DNA of 64,000 nucleotides, from assembly GCA_047601445.1 (NCBI GenBank), contig JASGJH010000001.1:8544001-8608000 (forward strand), read 5' to 3'. This DNA comes from Myxococcales bacterium (lineage in GTDB: Bacteria > Myxococcota_A > Polyangia > Polyangiales > DASUME01). This document shows positions 62,064 to 64,000 of the stretch, piece after piece (the stretch's first letter is position 1; every line of letters starts with the position of its first letter). Under the pieces are notes generated by a model that did not search any database, was not told the DNA's origin, and was given only the letters and a program-made list of their open reading frames with translations. The position numbers and the translations under genes are program-made.

Positions 62064-64000
62064 TCAGCGCTCTGCCAGGGCCAAGGCATGCCAAATCAAC
62101 TCCGGCTCGGTCCCCGTTAGCACTTCGCGCAGGACGATGCCGAGCATGGTGTCGCAGCGATGATCCAACAGACTCGTGGCGCTGCAGTCGAGGATGCGCG
62201 CCTCGACGCTGCTGTGGGAGAGTGCGCCGAAGCCGTGAGCCTCGTCGAGTGGCGTGAGGCCGCTGCGATGGCCTCGAATCAATGTGATGGGTGCCCCGCA
62301 CGGACGCGCACGATGGCGCAGCAGGGCGTTCCATTGAGGCGCGCTCAGGCTTTGATAGCAAGCCGGCACGGCCGGCAGGTCGGCCGGGTCTTCGAGCGCC
62401 GGTGGTCCGTCTGGGACGCGGCGGAGGAGTTGCTGCAGGCTGCGCGCCCAGAGCAGCTTGCGGTTCTCCGCCTGGTGGGGGAGGAGCCGGGAGTAGCCGA
62501 GCATGGCCCTGCGAACGTTGGGAGCCAACGCCCTCAGGTACGCGAGCGAAGGGGCATAATGTGCGCCGGGCGCCAGGCTCTGGATCGCGATGACCCGGCT
62601 TACCTCGACGCCCTCGGACTCGAGCTGTACGGCCATCTCCTGCGCCACGTTGCCGCCGAGTCCCACGCCCAGCAGGCACAAGGTCTTCGGCAGGGCCTGA
62701 CGACGCATGGCGGCCACGTGGCGCGCCGCGAGCTCTTCGAGCTCCAGGTACACGTCTTCGTCACAGGTGACGGCGAGCGAGGCGATGCTCAAGCCGTCCA
62801 CGAGCGGGCGGTACCAGGCGAGGGCGCGCTCGGTGCCGCAGCCGTCCGGGTGCACGCAGAAGAGCTGCGGACTTTGCCCGTTGTCCGCCAGCGGCACGAG
62901 ATAGGACGCGCGGGGATCGCGACGTGGGATCTCGCTGGCGCGCACGAGGAGGCTCAACTCGAGCGGAGTCGGTGCCTCGAACAGCGTGGCGAGCGGCAAG
63001 CGCTTGTTCGTTTGTACCAACATCTTCTCGAACAGCCGCACGGCCAAGATCGAATGGCCACCCAGGTCGAAAAAGCTGTCGGTCAGTCCCACCGGCGCGC
63101 GGCCGAGGAACTCCTCGAAAAGGCGGCAAATCATGGTCTCGAGCTCGTCGCGCGGGGGCTCGTAGTTGCGCGCAGCCTCGTCTCCGAAGCTCGGCGGCAG
63201 CAGGGCCTTGCGGTCGAGCTTGCCGTTGCGCGTCAGCGGCAACGCGGGCAGCTCGACGAAGGCGCTCGGGATCATGTAGTCGGGGAGCTGCGTCTTGAGC
63301 GCGGCCTGCAGCTCTTGCACCACGAGGTTTTTCGCGTGCTGCTTGACCACGTAGGCCACCAGACGCACGTCGTGGGGCGCGATCTCGCAGGGCTTCACCG
63401 CACATGCTTCGATGCCAGGCAGGCGCAGCAATTGATTCTCGATCTCCACCTAGCTCCACGCGATGGCCGCGGAGCTTGACCTGCTCGTCGAGGCGTCCCA
63501 AGAACTCGATCTCACCGTCCGGGCGAAAGCGCGCGGCGTCGCCCGTGCGGTACATGCGCCCGCGGACCTCCACCAGCGAGGTGCGCCCGTCTCGGCGCGC
63601 GTAGGATACCGAGAACGGATCGGAGACGAAGCGCTCGGCGCTCAGATCGGGGCGCCTGTGGTAGCCACGCGCGACGCCTGCGCCTCCGATATAGAGCTCG
63701 CCCGCGACGCCAGGGGGCACCGGGATGCCGCCCTCGTCCAGCACGTAGATCGAGGTGTTGTCGATAGCGCGCCCCAGGACCACGCTGGTGGCGTCAGGCA
63801 GCACACGCGCGCAGGCGCTCCAAATGGTGGTCTCGGTGGGGCCGTACAGGTTGAACAAGCCGCCGCCCGCGCGAGCCGCGAGTGCGCGCGCCATCTCCAG
63901 CGGCAGCGCCTCGCCGCCGCACAGGAGCTTGAGGTTCTCCAGGCGCGGCAGACCCACCTCGAGCAGCATGCGATAAGTGGATGGCGTGGCCTGCAGACAG
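62064..64000 (-). CDS. NRPS terminal module (A-PCP-TE-like), truncated by window edge, with a +1 frameshift near 63447
   Basis: GGEAL, NLYGPTETT, GELYIGG.GVARGY, YRTGD, QVKLRGHRVELG|EIE, NGKLDR, PCP FFDLGGHS, TE-like fold. Confidence 0.9.

Overview
High-GC window that reads as core plus accessory chromosome of a myxobacterium (Myxococcota, probably Polyangiales-like). This assignment is inferred from CdnL, a CarH-type regulator, a Hanks kinase, GD-rich and Cys-rich lipoproteins and sigma54 promoters. About 59 CDS are supported, including rph, glmS, cinA, recA, cdnL, hisIE, ppx, ppnP, rpsN, amt and a MoxR operon. No tRNA, rRNA, CRISPR array, integrase or transposase was seen. Main points: (1) an operon at the left edge joining a type III PKS to an aromatic ring-opening trio (FAH hydrolase, VOC extradiol dioxygenase, MhpA-like FAD monooxygenase); (2) a CarH-type B12 photoreceptor with visible 11-bp-periodic TnnACA operators upstream of itself and of a tandem-fasciclin lipoprotein; (3) an Amt transporter translationally coupled to an unannotated 59-aa protein instead of GlnK; (4) two long intergenic hairpins whose substitutions are mostly G.U wobbles on one strand; (5) a zinc-related neighbourhood (His-rich CDF, Zn-free S14, SmtB); (6) single-base frameshifts in a secreted vanadium-haloperoxidase-like gene and in an NRPS whose thioesterase lacks the catalytic Ser. 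All family calls come from motif recognition by eye; no searches were run.
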